Source: an uncultured Candidatus Nitrosopelagicus sp.
GTDB taxonomy: Archaea > Thermoproteota > Nitrososphaeria > Nitrososphaerales > Nitrosopumilaceae
Length of the DNA stretch: 64,000 bases
Assembly: GCA_964455405.1 (NCBI GenBank)
Contig: CAYVWD010000055.1
Coordinates: forward strand, 1,171 to 65,170
Direction of reading: 5' to 3'
Positions 48,574 through 57,591 of this stretch are shown here, one piece after another. How positions within the stretch are numbered: position 1 is the first letter of the stretch; each line of letters opens with the position of its first letter. Below the pieces are notes generated by a model. The model made no database searches. It was not told where the DNA came from and saw nothing but the letters and a program-made list of their open reading frames with translations. The translations under genes were made by a program, and so were the position numbers.

Positions 48574-49487
48574 TATCCTTGATGTACTCCCCATAATACG
48601 CCATATACCTGAGTGCTTGCCCCAGACGCTAACGCAGAAATATTTACCTGTACATCAATAGGCCAATTAGTTTCCCACGTTTCTCCAGCTTTTAATAGCA
48701 CTCCTGTAGTGGCACTAGCAGTAGTGTCTAATGCTATATATACTGTATTACTACCGTGCCCATTCTTCAATTTAAATCCCCGCACCACAGCTAACCCTGC
48801 TCTACGTTTAGATTCAGAAGCGTGAGCTGTTCCAAACCATTCATAATGCAACCCTTGTGCCCCATCCACATAGTCAGATACGAAACCATCTTTACGCTGT
48901 TCTACCATAAACTTATCTACATAAAAGTCAATATTATGTTGAGCCACACTAATAACAGCAACTCTATAAGTCTGGGTAAGACGTTCAGCTAACTCATATC
49001 CAACACTGATTTTCGCAAAAGAAGTTGTAAGAGAATGCGTAGCACTCGATGCTAACGCAACACCATCGCTATCTTGAATTTCTATTTTCACATCACCAGA
49101 AGCAGAAGCTCCCCTAACCTCACATTGTGCTACAAGAGAACTACCTTCAGGATGTCCCACTGTAGTAACAGACCAATAAAAGCCTTCACCAGCAGCAGAA
49201 TTAGCGGGATTAACTAAAAGAGAATTTGACCCTGTGGCAGCTTGGGCACTACTTTGTGATATAGCAGAACCAGAAGCTGTAAAATCAGTTAGTGTGTTAA
49301 CCTCAAAAGATGGATTCTTTACCAAGTTAACGGAAGGGACACCCCTATCCACTGTAAATAAATCAACTGCTGAAGTTCCTACACTAACATCAATAGGTGC
49401 ATACTTTGTCCAAACATGTACGCTTGTTCTAGTACTTGGGTCAATCTCCCATGAGGGCCATACCTCAGGAAAATGTTGTGAATTCAT
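48573..49487 (-). CDS. Virion protein with CBM4/9-like jelly-roll domain
   Basis: NLVKNPSFE...FYVDKFMVEQ...YVDG pattern. Confidence 0.65.
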   Translation of the reverse strand: MNSQHFPEVWPSWEIDPSTRTSVHVWTKYAPIDVSVGTSAVDLFTVDRGVPSVNLVKNPSFEVNTLTDFTASGSAISQSSAQAATGSNSLLVNPANSAAGEGFYWSVTTVGHPEGSSLVAQCEVRGASASGDVKIEIQDSDGVALASSATHSLTTSFAKISVGYELAERLTQTYRVAVISVAQHNIDFYVDKFMVEQRKDGFVSDYVDGAQGLHYEWFGTAHASESKRRAGLAVVRGFKLKNGHGSNTVYIALDTTASATTGVLLKAGETWETNWPIDVQVNISALASGASTQVYGVLWGVHQG

Positions 49488-49496
49488 AAACCACTC

Positions 49497-49766
49497 CTAC
49501 CTATTTGAAAACCAAGTCATCATGGCAAATAAGCTTCCTAAAACCATTCCTGTATGCATGAAGATTAAACTTAATACTACAAAAGCTGACTTAACACCAT
49601 AGACTTTAGTTCTCCAATGTTTTAATTCATCTAACTCATCACTAACCTTCTCCACTCTATTACAAATGTTCTCGTTTAGCTTGGTTTGACTATCTATATA
49701 CGAATCTAGCCGTTCCATATAAACGGCTAATTTAATATCTAAATCATCTCCAACTTGCATTGGCAT
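49497..49766 (-). CDS. Coiled-coil plus C-terminal TM protein (XhlA/holin-like)
   Basis: Inferred from predicted topology. Confidence 0.5.
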   Translation of the reverse strand: MPMQVGDDLDIKLAVYMERLDSYIDSQTKLNENICNRVEKVSDELDELKHWRTKVYGVKSAFVVLSLIFMHTGMVLGSLFAMMTWFSNR

Positions 49767-49771
49767 GATAT

Positions 49772-50095
49772 CTACCTACCAAATGCTAGTACTCGCACTA
49801 CTACAGCAGACACATTCGTGGTATTTGCTACTTCGTCTAGGATGGCTCCATCTGCTCCAGCTTCATATAATACTATCTTAGAATTAGTGTAATCATACTG
49901 AGCCACATAACCACTATTTTCCATTGACAAGGCTATGAAATGAATTGATTCCAAACCTAATGTAGTAGCTGTCAATGTTTCCCCGCCAGTAGCATAACTG
50001 CTGTCAAAGGTAGCGGTTTTAATGACGTATTTATTATTTCCGGGAACACCAGCCATATCTGAAGCGTTGCCGGGAACTGCAATTGTCAAGGCCAT
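49772..50095 (-). CDS. Small capsid-associated (decoration-like) protein
   Basis: Directly after MCP; FDSSYATGGE motif; beta-rich. Confidence 0.6.
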   Translation of the reverse strand: MALTIAVPGNASDMAGVPGNNKYVIKTATFDSSYATGGETLTATTLGLESIHFIALSMENSGYVAQYDYTNSKIVLYEAGADGAILDEVANTTNVSAVVVRVLAFGR

Positions 50096-50130
50096 AATTT
50101 TTCTCCTTAATGTAGAAGTATGCTAAGATG

Positions 50131-50164
50131 AAAAAGGGTAGGAGCCTTGAGGCCCCCACCCTTT
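50131..50164 (-). terminator. Rho-independent terminator after MCP
   Basis: AAAGGGTGGGGGCC-TCAA-GGCTCCTACCC followed by TTTTT. Confidence 0.8.
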
Positions 50165-50176
50165 CTAATCAGTGGA

Positions 50177-51544
50177 CTAGGCGTTTAGGTCAGCTATTTT
50201 AGCTTGTACCCAAATATTCTTGCATCGCATTTCACCCATTGTATAGAGGAGGCCCCTGACAACTAACGCATTAGCTGCGAAGTAGTCACGGTTTTCTACG
50301 TACTGAGTGGGCTGTGCAATAGCCATTTCTATGTAGTCAGTATCCAATACATAGATATTGGAACCTAATACAGTAGAACTAGAGGATACGGATTTAGGCA
50401 CATCAGCATCTGGAAGGATGGGTATGCCCATATATGTGGCCAGTACCAAACCAGTTCTGGTTCCGGGGAATGTCCGTTCAGAACCTACACCAACTTGATA
50501 TTCCTCTTGACCCATATATCGTTGCTGAGAATTGAGCAGTCTTTCTAATTTGAAATACTGGTCATGTCCCATTAGAATTATCTTTGGTTCCCCACCATTT
50601 TCACGAATCTTCTGGATAGCAGTATCAATTAGATTCAATGATAGGTCACGGCCTACGCCAGCATTATGGTCTACGTTAGCAGCAGCATTCCAAGCTCCAG
50701 CAGTTCTTCCGCCTAAAGTCAAGTCGAAAGCTCTGGTTCGTGCAGCACCGCCACCGACTGCCATACCATCTTCAGCAACCATATCGTCCAAAGATGAGAA
50801 TCCAGCACGGCTATAAACGTAAGCAATGTCACCAACGGCCCAATCGGGGCTGGAAGTATCAACAGTTACTGTTCCAGCACTATGGGCGGTAAGGCTACCA
50901 CCGCCGACAGTAACACCAGAGGTCAAGTCATGTGCTGACCCACTGGCATCGTAACGGGCAATTTCATCACCCAATTTGAAATGTTTAGAAATAGCACTGG
51001 TTGAACCAAATACTGCTGTGGTAGCACTACCACCAGAAGCTCTGGCTGCACCTAGTGCAAGAAGTTCTTCATTTATTTCTTTAATGTGGTCTAGCTGGGC
51101 ATTTTCGTTTTCCAAAGCCAGCACATCTCCGACACCACCTTCTAATTGAGCAGTAAAGACGGACTTTACTGACGCACCGAAAGTTGTTGAAACGATACGA
51201 GGCAAGCTCGATACCGTCTGAATGTCGGAAATATCCACGGTTGGGATGTTACCAGTTTCAGTAACTGGGCGGGAGCGTCCTGAACCACGGTCAGTACGTA
51301 CACGCCAACCAGCCGTATTGCCCCATACTACACGGGGTACCGCATTAAAGAAACGAGTCTGGTTATTTAAAGCTTGCCAGACTTTCCGTCCGTAGGTAGT
51401 ATTAAAGATACCAGTGGCAGTATCAACCGTAAACGGCGTACCGATACCTGCACCAGCTTTCTTCATAAAACCGGGGCCGAAAACGCTCTGGTAAAGCCCT
51501 CTTTGTGACTGAGCAATATACTCAGCTAATGATGGATTAGCCAT
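50177..51544 (-). CDS. Major capsid protein (HK97 fold)
   Basis: Follows the scaffold gene; strong terminator; YGRKVWQALN, IRENGGEPKIILMGHD, ATYMGIPILPD and YVLDTDY motifs. Confidence 0.85.
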   Translation of the reverse strand: MANPSLAEYIAQSQRGLYQSVFGPGFMKKAGAGIGTPFTVDTATGIFNTTYGRKVWQALNNQTRFFNAVPRVVWGNTAGWRVRTDRGSGRSRPVTETGNIPTVDISDIQTVSSLPRIVSTTFGASVKSVFTAQLEGGVGDVLALENENAQLDHIKEINEELLALGAARASGGSATTAVFGSTSAISKHFKLGDEIARYDASGSAHDLTSGVTVGGGSLTAHSAGTVTVDTSSPDWAVGDIAYVYSRAGFSSLDDMVAEDGMAVGGGAARTRAFDLTLGGRTAGAWNAAANVDHNAGVGRDLSLNLIDTAIQKIRENGGEPKIILMGHDQYFKLERLLNSQQRYMGQEEYQVGVGSERTFPGTRTGLVLATYMGIPILPDADVPKSVSSSSTVLGSNIYVLDTDYIEMAIAQPTQYVENRDYFAANALVVRGLLYTMGEMRCKNIWVQAKIADLNA

Positions 51545-51570
51545 AATCGTTTCTCCTTAGTAAATTAATT

Positions 51571-52413
51571 TTAGTATCCTAACAATTCCCGTGGAACACC
51601 ATCAGTGTCACCTGAATCTACCTGTTCCTGTAGTCTACGCAATTCCCCATAAGACATTTGCATCATCTGGTCAACAGTATCTTCTGGGTTAGATGAGGAT
51701 TTACGTATAGGTTCAGCACCATCGACTCCTAAGGAATCGCCATATTGAATTAGCTGTGGTTTATTCAAACCATTTTCTTCACGGAAACCCATTTTCCGTA
51801 GACGTTGTTCAGTTTCATCTTGAATCATTTTCTGAACATTGTGCTTTTTAGAAGCAACCATCTTTTGAAGATTAGCTATTTGTTTTTGCATGTTTTGAAC
51901 TTCTTCATCCTCGTCTTCTTCTTCAGGATACTCTTCTTCATCATCATCTTTGGCCATTCCATACCCGCCTTTGTCTGCAAAGGGATTCCCTCTCTCTTCT
52001 CTTTCCTCATCATCATCATCGGCATCGTCATCTTCCAAACTTTCCTTCAACAATTCCAACTGTTTCTGCATAGCCTGAATTGTGCGATTCGCATTCTCAG
52101 TCTTGCTGTCTATGGTGACTGCTTTTTCTGCAGCATCATGTCCAGCTGGCATACTCTTGGCTTTCACCGTAGTTTCGCTGCCCCACTGAGCCGTGTCCGC
52201 TTTAATTAGGCCATATACTTCTCCAGCCACAGCTTTAATGATTTCCTGCTTTTCTAATTCATCCTCTTGCTCCTGAGACAATTCAAATTCTTCCTCTTCC
52301 GCTTTCGTTAGTCGAGAGTCCATCTTTTGCAACACCTCGGCAACGGCAGCTAGAGCAAGGTTACTTCCCTCAATCTGCTTTTCCAACCGTTCTATCATAT
52401 CCGAATCAGCCAT
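51571..52413 (-). CDS. Capsid scaffolding protein
   Basis: Acidic coiled-coil directly before MCP; start MADSD after GGAGG; multiple x-x-K-A motifs. Confidence 0.7.
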   Translation of the reverse strand: MADSDMIERLEKQIEGSNLALAAVAEVLQKMDSRLTKAEEEEFELSQEQEDELEKQEIIKAVAGEVYGLIKADTAQWGSETTVKAKSMPAGHDAAEKAVTIDSKTENANRTIQAMQKQLELLKESLEDDDADDDDEEREERGNPFADKGGYGMAKDDDEEEYPEEEDEDEEVQNMQKQIANLQKMVASKKHNVQKMIQDETEQRLRKMGFREENGLNKPQLIQYGDSLGVDGAEPIRKSSSNPEDTVDQMMQMSYGELRRLQEQVDSGDTDGVPRELLGY

Positions 52414-52508
52414 AATAATCCTCCATTCGTCTATATTTTGCCAAGGAAGTTGGTCTAAGCCACCTCCGACTCCCAAAAGCGTAAAAAGGTACGATTTTCG
52501 TACTATGT

Positions 52509-52518
52509 TATTATACTA
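52509..52518 (-). promoter_or_regulatory. Putative late promoter TAGTATAATA of the scaffold-MCP operon
   Basis: Exact motif copy. Confidence 0.65.
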
Positions 52519-52535
52519 AATATTCTGAAAAACTT

Positions 52536-53156
52536 TTAAGAATCTTCAGCAAGTTCTAAAACATCGTCTTCAAATGTCAATTTTAGCATCTCATTTCTAA
52601 AATCATACAGCGGAACTTGAGCAAGTTTCTTTAATTTTTCACATTGAGTGCCTTCAGGCATTGCAGCCTCTACTAAATCCAATACTCTACCCACCATTCT
52701 TGAATGTTTTGCTATTATATACTCCTGTAATGGGGTTACTTTACTTGCGTCCATATCTCCTCCTATCAACCTTTTAAATTAAAGTTTCTCTAAGCACTTT
52801 TCCACCCATGTTGTAAGAGCTGCATCCACCTTTTTCTTCCCCTGACTATCTTGGTCAAGAGCTTGTATTAACTCTTTTACAGTTGGGCTAGGAACTGTCT
52901 GTGTATATCCTGCAACATTAAACACCCCAGTTTTAGTACGTCTTTGTCTAGGAGCCACCTGCCTCTGTTTAGGTCGAAGCAATAAAGAATCTAATTTATC
53001 ACCGCTTTCTACCGTAAAAGACAATTTCAATCCATTAGGGGTTGTAATTATCTGAATATTGTCAACACCAACAGCCTGTTTAAGCATATCCAAAGTCTCC
53101 GTATTTGAAAAAGCCTTGGTAAATTTTTCTTGTATCATGTCCTGTAAAACGTCCAT
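52536..53156 (-). other. Two hypothetical CDSs (52536-52769, 52779-53156)
   Basis: Packed ORFs. Confidence 0.55.
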
Positions 53157-53159
53157 ACA

Positions 53160-53618
53160 TTACTCCATTACTTTAATGCCAATTCCAGCTTTTTCTAACA
53201 TGTGTACACTCTGTGTATGAGCGTATGTTTCAGCTGCGACAATTCTTTCAACACTACTATTGGCTATCATCTTAGCACAAGAAAAACAGGGCATAACGGT
53301 TAAATATGCTGTTAAAACATCATCAGAACGTAACTGTAGAAAAGCATTTACTTCTGCATGAATAGCTTCACAAGCATCTAATCCTTGACCTGTTTCATAC
53401 TCTGCTCCGGGACAGGGACTATCAACACAATGCTTAAATCCTGAAGGAACTCCATTATATCCCGTAGCTACAATGTGTTGTTTAGAATCTACTAATACAC
53501 ATCCTACCTTACGTCTAGGACATGTAGCCCTTGTTGCTACCATCTGAGCAATATCTAAAAAATATCTATCTTTATGCTGTTGACTTTCCTTCCTTTTCTG
53601 AACTTGGAATGCTGTCAC
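53160..53618 (-). CDS. dCMP deaminase
   Basis: RATCPRRKVGCV, ATGYNG, HAEVNA and PCFSC. Confidence 0.93.
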   Translation of the reverse strand: MTAFQVQKRKESQQHKDRYFLDIAQMVATRATCPRRKVGCVLVDSKQHIVATGYNGVPSGFKHCVDSPCPGAEYETGQGLDACEAIHAEVNAFLQLRSDDVLTAYLTVMPCFSCAKMIANSSVERIVAAETYAHTQSVHMLEKAGIGIKVME

Positions 53619-54061
53619 TCTGTGCCTCCATCTCTAATGCTTTGGCCTGTATCTTCTTATTGGTTATCTTTTCTCCTTCTTTAAACCCCCACCGTTTTCG
53701 TAATTTAGACCGATTATTTAATTCGGTTTTGATGACTTGTAATTCTTCTGAGCTTAATTCTCCTAGATAGCCGGGGTCTAAAATCTTAGCTGGATACCCT
53801 GTTTTCTCTGTAAAAGTTCTTGTCCGTCTACCCATGTTATCCCCCTAAAAACTTTCTAGGCTTTCCTCCCCTTCTCTGCATCCCATTATTCGACATACGC
53901 CATTTAGTTTCTTGTACCGCCTTCTTTCTAATACCTGTAGCATCTGCGTTTCGTCTAATTGTTAAAACAATAATGGTACCACATTCAAAACAACTTAAAT
54001 CCCCATCTTGATTCAAATACATATGCCCATTGCATTTTCTACACACATTATTAGACAGCAT
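53572..54061 (-). other. Two small CDSs (53572-53835; Zn ribbon 53837-54061)
   Basis: CRKC...CFECG in the second. Confidence 0.5.
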
Positions 54062-55124
54062 CTATTTCATCCATCAATGCTAAAAATAGTGGATGCGTTT
54101 CTCCCTTTTCTATATGTCTCTGCTTACGTGCTTTAAGGGCTTGCAAAGCCTCGATAACTCTCGCACTTTCAGATTCTTCTAGCGTTTCCTGTTCATCGGA
54201 AGGAATCTCATCCCCTTCTTCTGAACGCCTGTATTCCCCTCTTTCACTTCCACTACCCCACTGTTTCGTTATTTGAGAAGCAGCTGCGGACGCAACACCC
54301 AATGGCTGTTCCACGCCAGCATCCTCATCATCCATATATTTCTTGACCCGCTTAGTAACATCATTCATTTTTACGTCTTGTGTTTCTACTTTATTGGGGT
54401 CTTTTTGACGTTCTATAAAAGGTTTTTGAGGCTGACTAGCAATATCCCCAGACTCCAAATTCTGGTCAGGTTGGGGAGCAATATTAGTAAAGCCTCCTAC
54501 TCCCGCTTTCTGTACTGTAGAATTATGCCCATTCCAATCCACCGCTTTAGGTATCACTTGCATAGAAATGCTTGGGTCTTCATCCTGTGGTTTAGTGGCC
54601 TGAGTAGACATATCCATACGACTATCTAATCCTGACATACTAGAATTGGGTTCGTTAGCCTTACCTATTTCTCTATCAGCCCCCAATTTTTTATAGTCTA
54701 TTCGCATAGGATTATTCTGAGGATTGTGGGCTACTTCTTGTCCCATCCCATCAACCCTCTTATTAACAGCTTTTTTCATAGTTGGAGAATAATCTTCTAG
54801 AAAATCTTCTAATCGTTCAACTCCAGATTTATGCTTCTTTCCTAACAAGGTTCTTCGTTTTTTGTCTGCTCGTTTTTTGTTTTTTCGGGCGTGTTTTTTG
54901 GCACCATGTCCTCCGTGAGTTCTAGTAAAGATGCCTGAATTTGAGGAGGTAAATACCACTCCATTAAGGCCATCAATGCCATCACCTTCGGCACCCCCAC
55001 CCTCATCCTTTTCAATATATCCCGCAGCATATGCAGCTTTTGCAACCTCCTCAGCTTTTATACGAGAGTCAAAGGGGCCTTTACTACCCCAATACCATTT
55101 ATCCCCACGCTTAGAAATTGGCAT
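54051..55124 (-). CDS. Portal-adjacent disordered head protein
   Basis: Start MPISKRGDKWYWGSKGPF after GGAGGGAG; repeated x-x-K-A motifs. Confidence 0.55.
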   Translation of the reverse strand: MPISKRGDKWYWGSKGPFDSRIKAEEVAKAAYAAGYIEKDEGGGAEGDGIDGLNGVVFTSSNSGIFTRTHGGHGAKKHARKNKKRADKKRRTLLGKKHKSGVERLEDFLEDYSPTMKKAVNKRVDGMGQEVAHNPQNNPMRIDYKKLGADREIGKANEPNSSMSGLDSRMDMSTQATKPQDEDPSISMQVIPKAVDWNGHNSTVQKAGVGGFTNIAPQPDQNLESGDIASQPQKPFIERQKDPNKVETQDVKMNDVTKRVKKYMDDEDAGVEQPLGVASAAASQITKQWGSGSERGEYRRSEEGDEIPSDEQETLEESESARVIEALQALKARKQRHIEKGETHPLFLALMDEIDAV

Positions 55125-57108
55125 GACTCCCTCCTTCTTCTTCATCCTCTTCTCGATAATTACCTACTTGAGTTGGATTCGGTTTAATACCGGGATTTAC
55201 TGAAGGCCCTTTATTCATAATTGCTGGCCCTTGCCCAAAATTGGCCTTCTCTATATGAGTAACTCCTAGAGGATTTAAGTCCGCTACAAAGTCTACACCA
55301 TCTTGAGCAAACCACATCTTAGTCCCTAAATCATTTACTTCTTTGATTAAAGGAGATTTATATCCCTTATCAAATAAATCTTGCATCCAACTTTTTCCTT
55401 CAGCCCGTGCATCAGCAATCTCGTCTATATTATCTTCATCTAATGGAGACTTGTCATGCCAATTTGGAGTTACACCAGCAAATCTACCACCAAATTTTTT
55501 AGCATCTTTTTCCAAACTCATCTGCTGTAAGGGTACAGGCGGTTGAGGTTCCGCTCCTGCTCCTTCACCACCTCCGGGAGCTGGGCCAACTCTACCGGGA
55601 GCTGGATTTACTCCCGGAGGCCCACCTTGCATTTGAGCTTGTTGTTGTTGCATCATATCCATTTGTTGTTGCTGTTGTTCTAATCCCAGAGCCATTTGTT
55701 CACCCTGCATCTGTATCATTGGTACTGGCTTACCAAATACTAAGAATTCAGCCTCATCCAAAGGTACTCCATTATCCTTTAATCGAACATCAAAACCTAA
55801 AGCAATATATTGATTAACAACTTGGGCACGTTGTTGAGAGAAACTAATTCTAGTTGCTTCAGCCTTTTCTTCAGGATTGGGGAGCCTTAACGCCCAATCA
55901 GTTATTCCAAATGCCTCTAATAATTGGGGAAATACTTTCTCATGGAATAACCTTTGGTCACCTTCTACAACCCTACTCATTACTACTAACTGTTGAGTCT
56001 GTGTAGACAAACCACCAAAGGCTTCAGGGGCACCTTGCCAAGCAGGAGTTACGCCCCAAATAGCTGCTATACGTTCCCTAATCTCTGCTCTTACTGGCAA
56101 GTAATCCATTTCTTGAAGCGTGTGATATAGACGTACCATGTCTACCCGCCCCCTATTTTGCCTAGAAGAAACAGCTACCATCGGTACATAGTTAGGGTCA
56201 AGTCTTGTTTGAGCAGCAATATGCTGTCTTTCCCTACGTAATGACTCAGGGTCATCAGTAAACACCATCATCATAGAAGCGGGCATTTTTCGTTCAAAGA
56301 AGTATCTATATAAATTTTTATCCATTCCTATTAAGGTTAGTGCCTTTTCAAACACAGTTAAAATAGGACTCCATCCATATGTTTCAGATGGGGAAAACTT
56401 CGATATATGAATTACTTCACCATCAAACAAAAATAAATGTTGATTCCTATGATAATATTTATACATAACAGGCATACAATCTAATTTACATTTATCATCT
56501 TCGCACTGTTTAGGTTCCTCTAAAATCTTCTCTCTATGAATCGGACACATGAAGTGAGCATTTTTAGGGAGTCCAGCAGCATCTAAATCAAATTCCACTA
56601 ATGCGGGATTCAATCTACGAATCTCTTTTACCTTAGACCTGACCGATTTCCCATCAATATCTTTATATTCTTTAACTAAATATAAGAAAGAATCGTCAAT
56701 ACAATTCACATCAAAATGGAATTGCTTCAACACTTCTTCCAAAGATTGGTCGAAAATATTACAATCAGCCATGAAGTCAGTGAATTTCTCTTTCTGAGAT
56801 GCATCTGGATTTTCTACTAGAGGTACCCATTCTACACCCTTCCGAAAAACTTCGGCAGTAATATGGTGTAGAGGTGCCCTAATTTCTTCAACAGACATTG
56901 CCAACATTTGTAAATCCATAACAAGTTGTTGACGATACGCCATTTGATGGCGTACCCAAGTATTAACTACATGGTCAAGCCCAATAGTAGGGGCTGTACC
57001 TGTTTCCCCAGATGATTTCATTAACTCTAAAAAGTTAATTTGCTCATTCATATTAATCATGGTTTGAGCTAATTTAGGTACCTCAGGTAGATATTCAGAT
57101 AATCTCAT
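55111..57108 (-). CDS. Portal protein
   Basis: EVIHISKF...YGWSPI, YFFE..MP and RERIAAIWGV motifs; Q/P/G-rich C-terminal tail. Confidence 0.85.
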   Translation of the reverse strand: MRLSEYLPEVPKLAQTMINMNEQINFLELMKSSGETGTAPTIGLDHVVNTWVRHQMAYRQQLVMDLQMLAMSVEEIRAPLHHITAEVFRKGVEWVPLVENPDASQKEKFTDFMADCNIFDQSLEEVLKQFHFDVNCIDDSFLYLVKEYKDIDGKSVRSKVKEIRRLNPALVEFDLDAAGLPKNAHFMCPIHREKILEEPKQCEDDKCKLDCMPVMYKYYHRNQHLFLFDGEVIHISKFSPSETYGWSPILTVFEKALTLIGMDKNLYRYFFERKMPASMMMVFTDDPESLRRERQHIAAQTRLDPNYVPMVAVSSRQNRGRVDMVRLYHTLQEMDYLPVRAEIRERIAAIWGVTPAWQGAPEAFGGLSTQTQQLVVMSRVVEGDQRLFHEKVFPQLLEAFGITDWALRLPNPEEKAEATRISFSQQRAQVVNQYIALGFDVRLKDNGVPLDEAEFLVFGKPVPMIQMQGEQMALGLEQQQQQMDMMQQQQAQMQGGPPGVNPAPGRVGPAPGGGEGAGAEPQPPVPLQQMSLEKDAKKFGGRFAGVTPNWHDKSPLDEDNIDEIADARAEGKSWMQDLFDKGYKSPLIKEVNDLGTKMWFAQDGVDFVADLNPLGVTHIEKANFGQGPAIMNKGPSVNPGIKPNPTQVGNYREEDEEEGGSHANF

Positions 57109-57111
57109 ACA

Positions 57112-57549
57112 TTATTCCTTTGTCAGACGTTCTAAATCTGACATACTAGTGAGTTTCAACAATGTTTGCATAGCCATTTCTTTCAATTCAAACCCTTCTG
57201 ACCTATGCGGACTTTGTTTAGCTGCTTGCAATTGTTCTTCTAAATCTAGAATTTGTTTTTTCAATTCTAAATTATCCTCATCCTTAGTCAATATATCTCG
57301 CTCTAATGTAGCATGTTCACTAAAAGAAGCATTTTGCAATACCCCTAATCTAGCTCCCTCTTTAATTAAAGCTATAAAAGCCCCTTCAGTAATAATACTT
57401 ACTCCGGGGCAATCATCAGGAATTTCATCATCTGGCCCCAAATCCATTAAAGATTCATGCCAAGTATCTAAAATTCTCCATGTTTGGGTTGTCTCATCCC
57501 TATGGGCAACATACTGAACATCACGTTCTTTCAAAAACATTCCTACCAT
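57112..57549 (-). CDS. Hypothetical protein with coiled-coil C-terminus
   Basis: Start MVGMFL after GGAGG; AAGTATAATA at 57567-57576 upstream. Confidence 0.6.
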   Translation of the reverse strand: MVGMFLKERDVQYVAHRDETTQTWRILDTWHESLMDLGPDDEIPDDCPGVSIITEGAFIALIKEGARLGVLQNASFSEHATLERDILTKDEDNLELKKQILDLEEQLQAAKQSPHRSEGFELKEMAMQTLLKLTSMSDLERLTKE

Positions 57550-57591
57550 ACTAACCTCCACTATACTATTATACTTTAAAATATGAATTTT

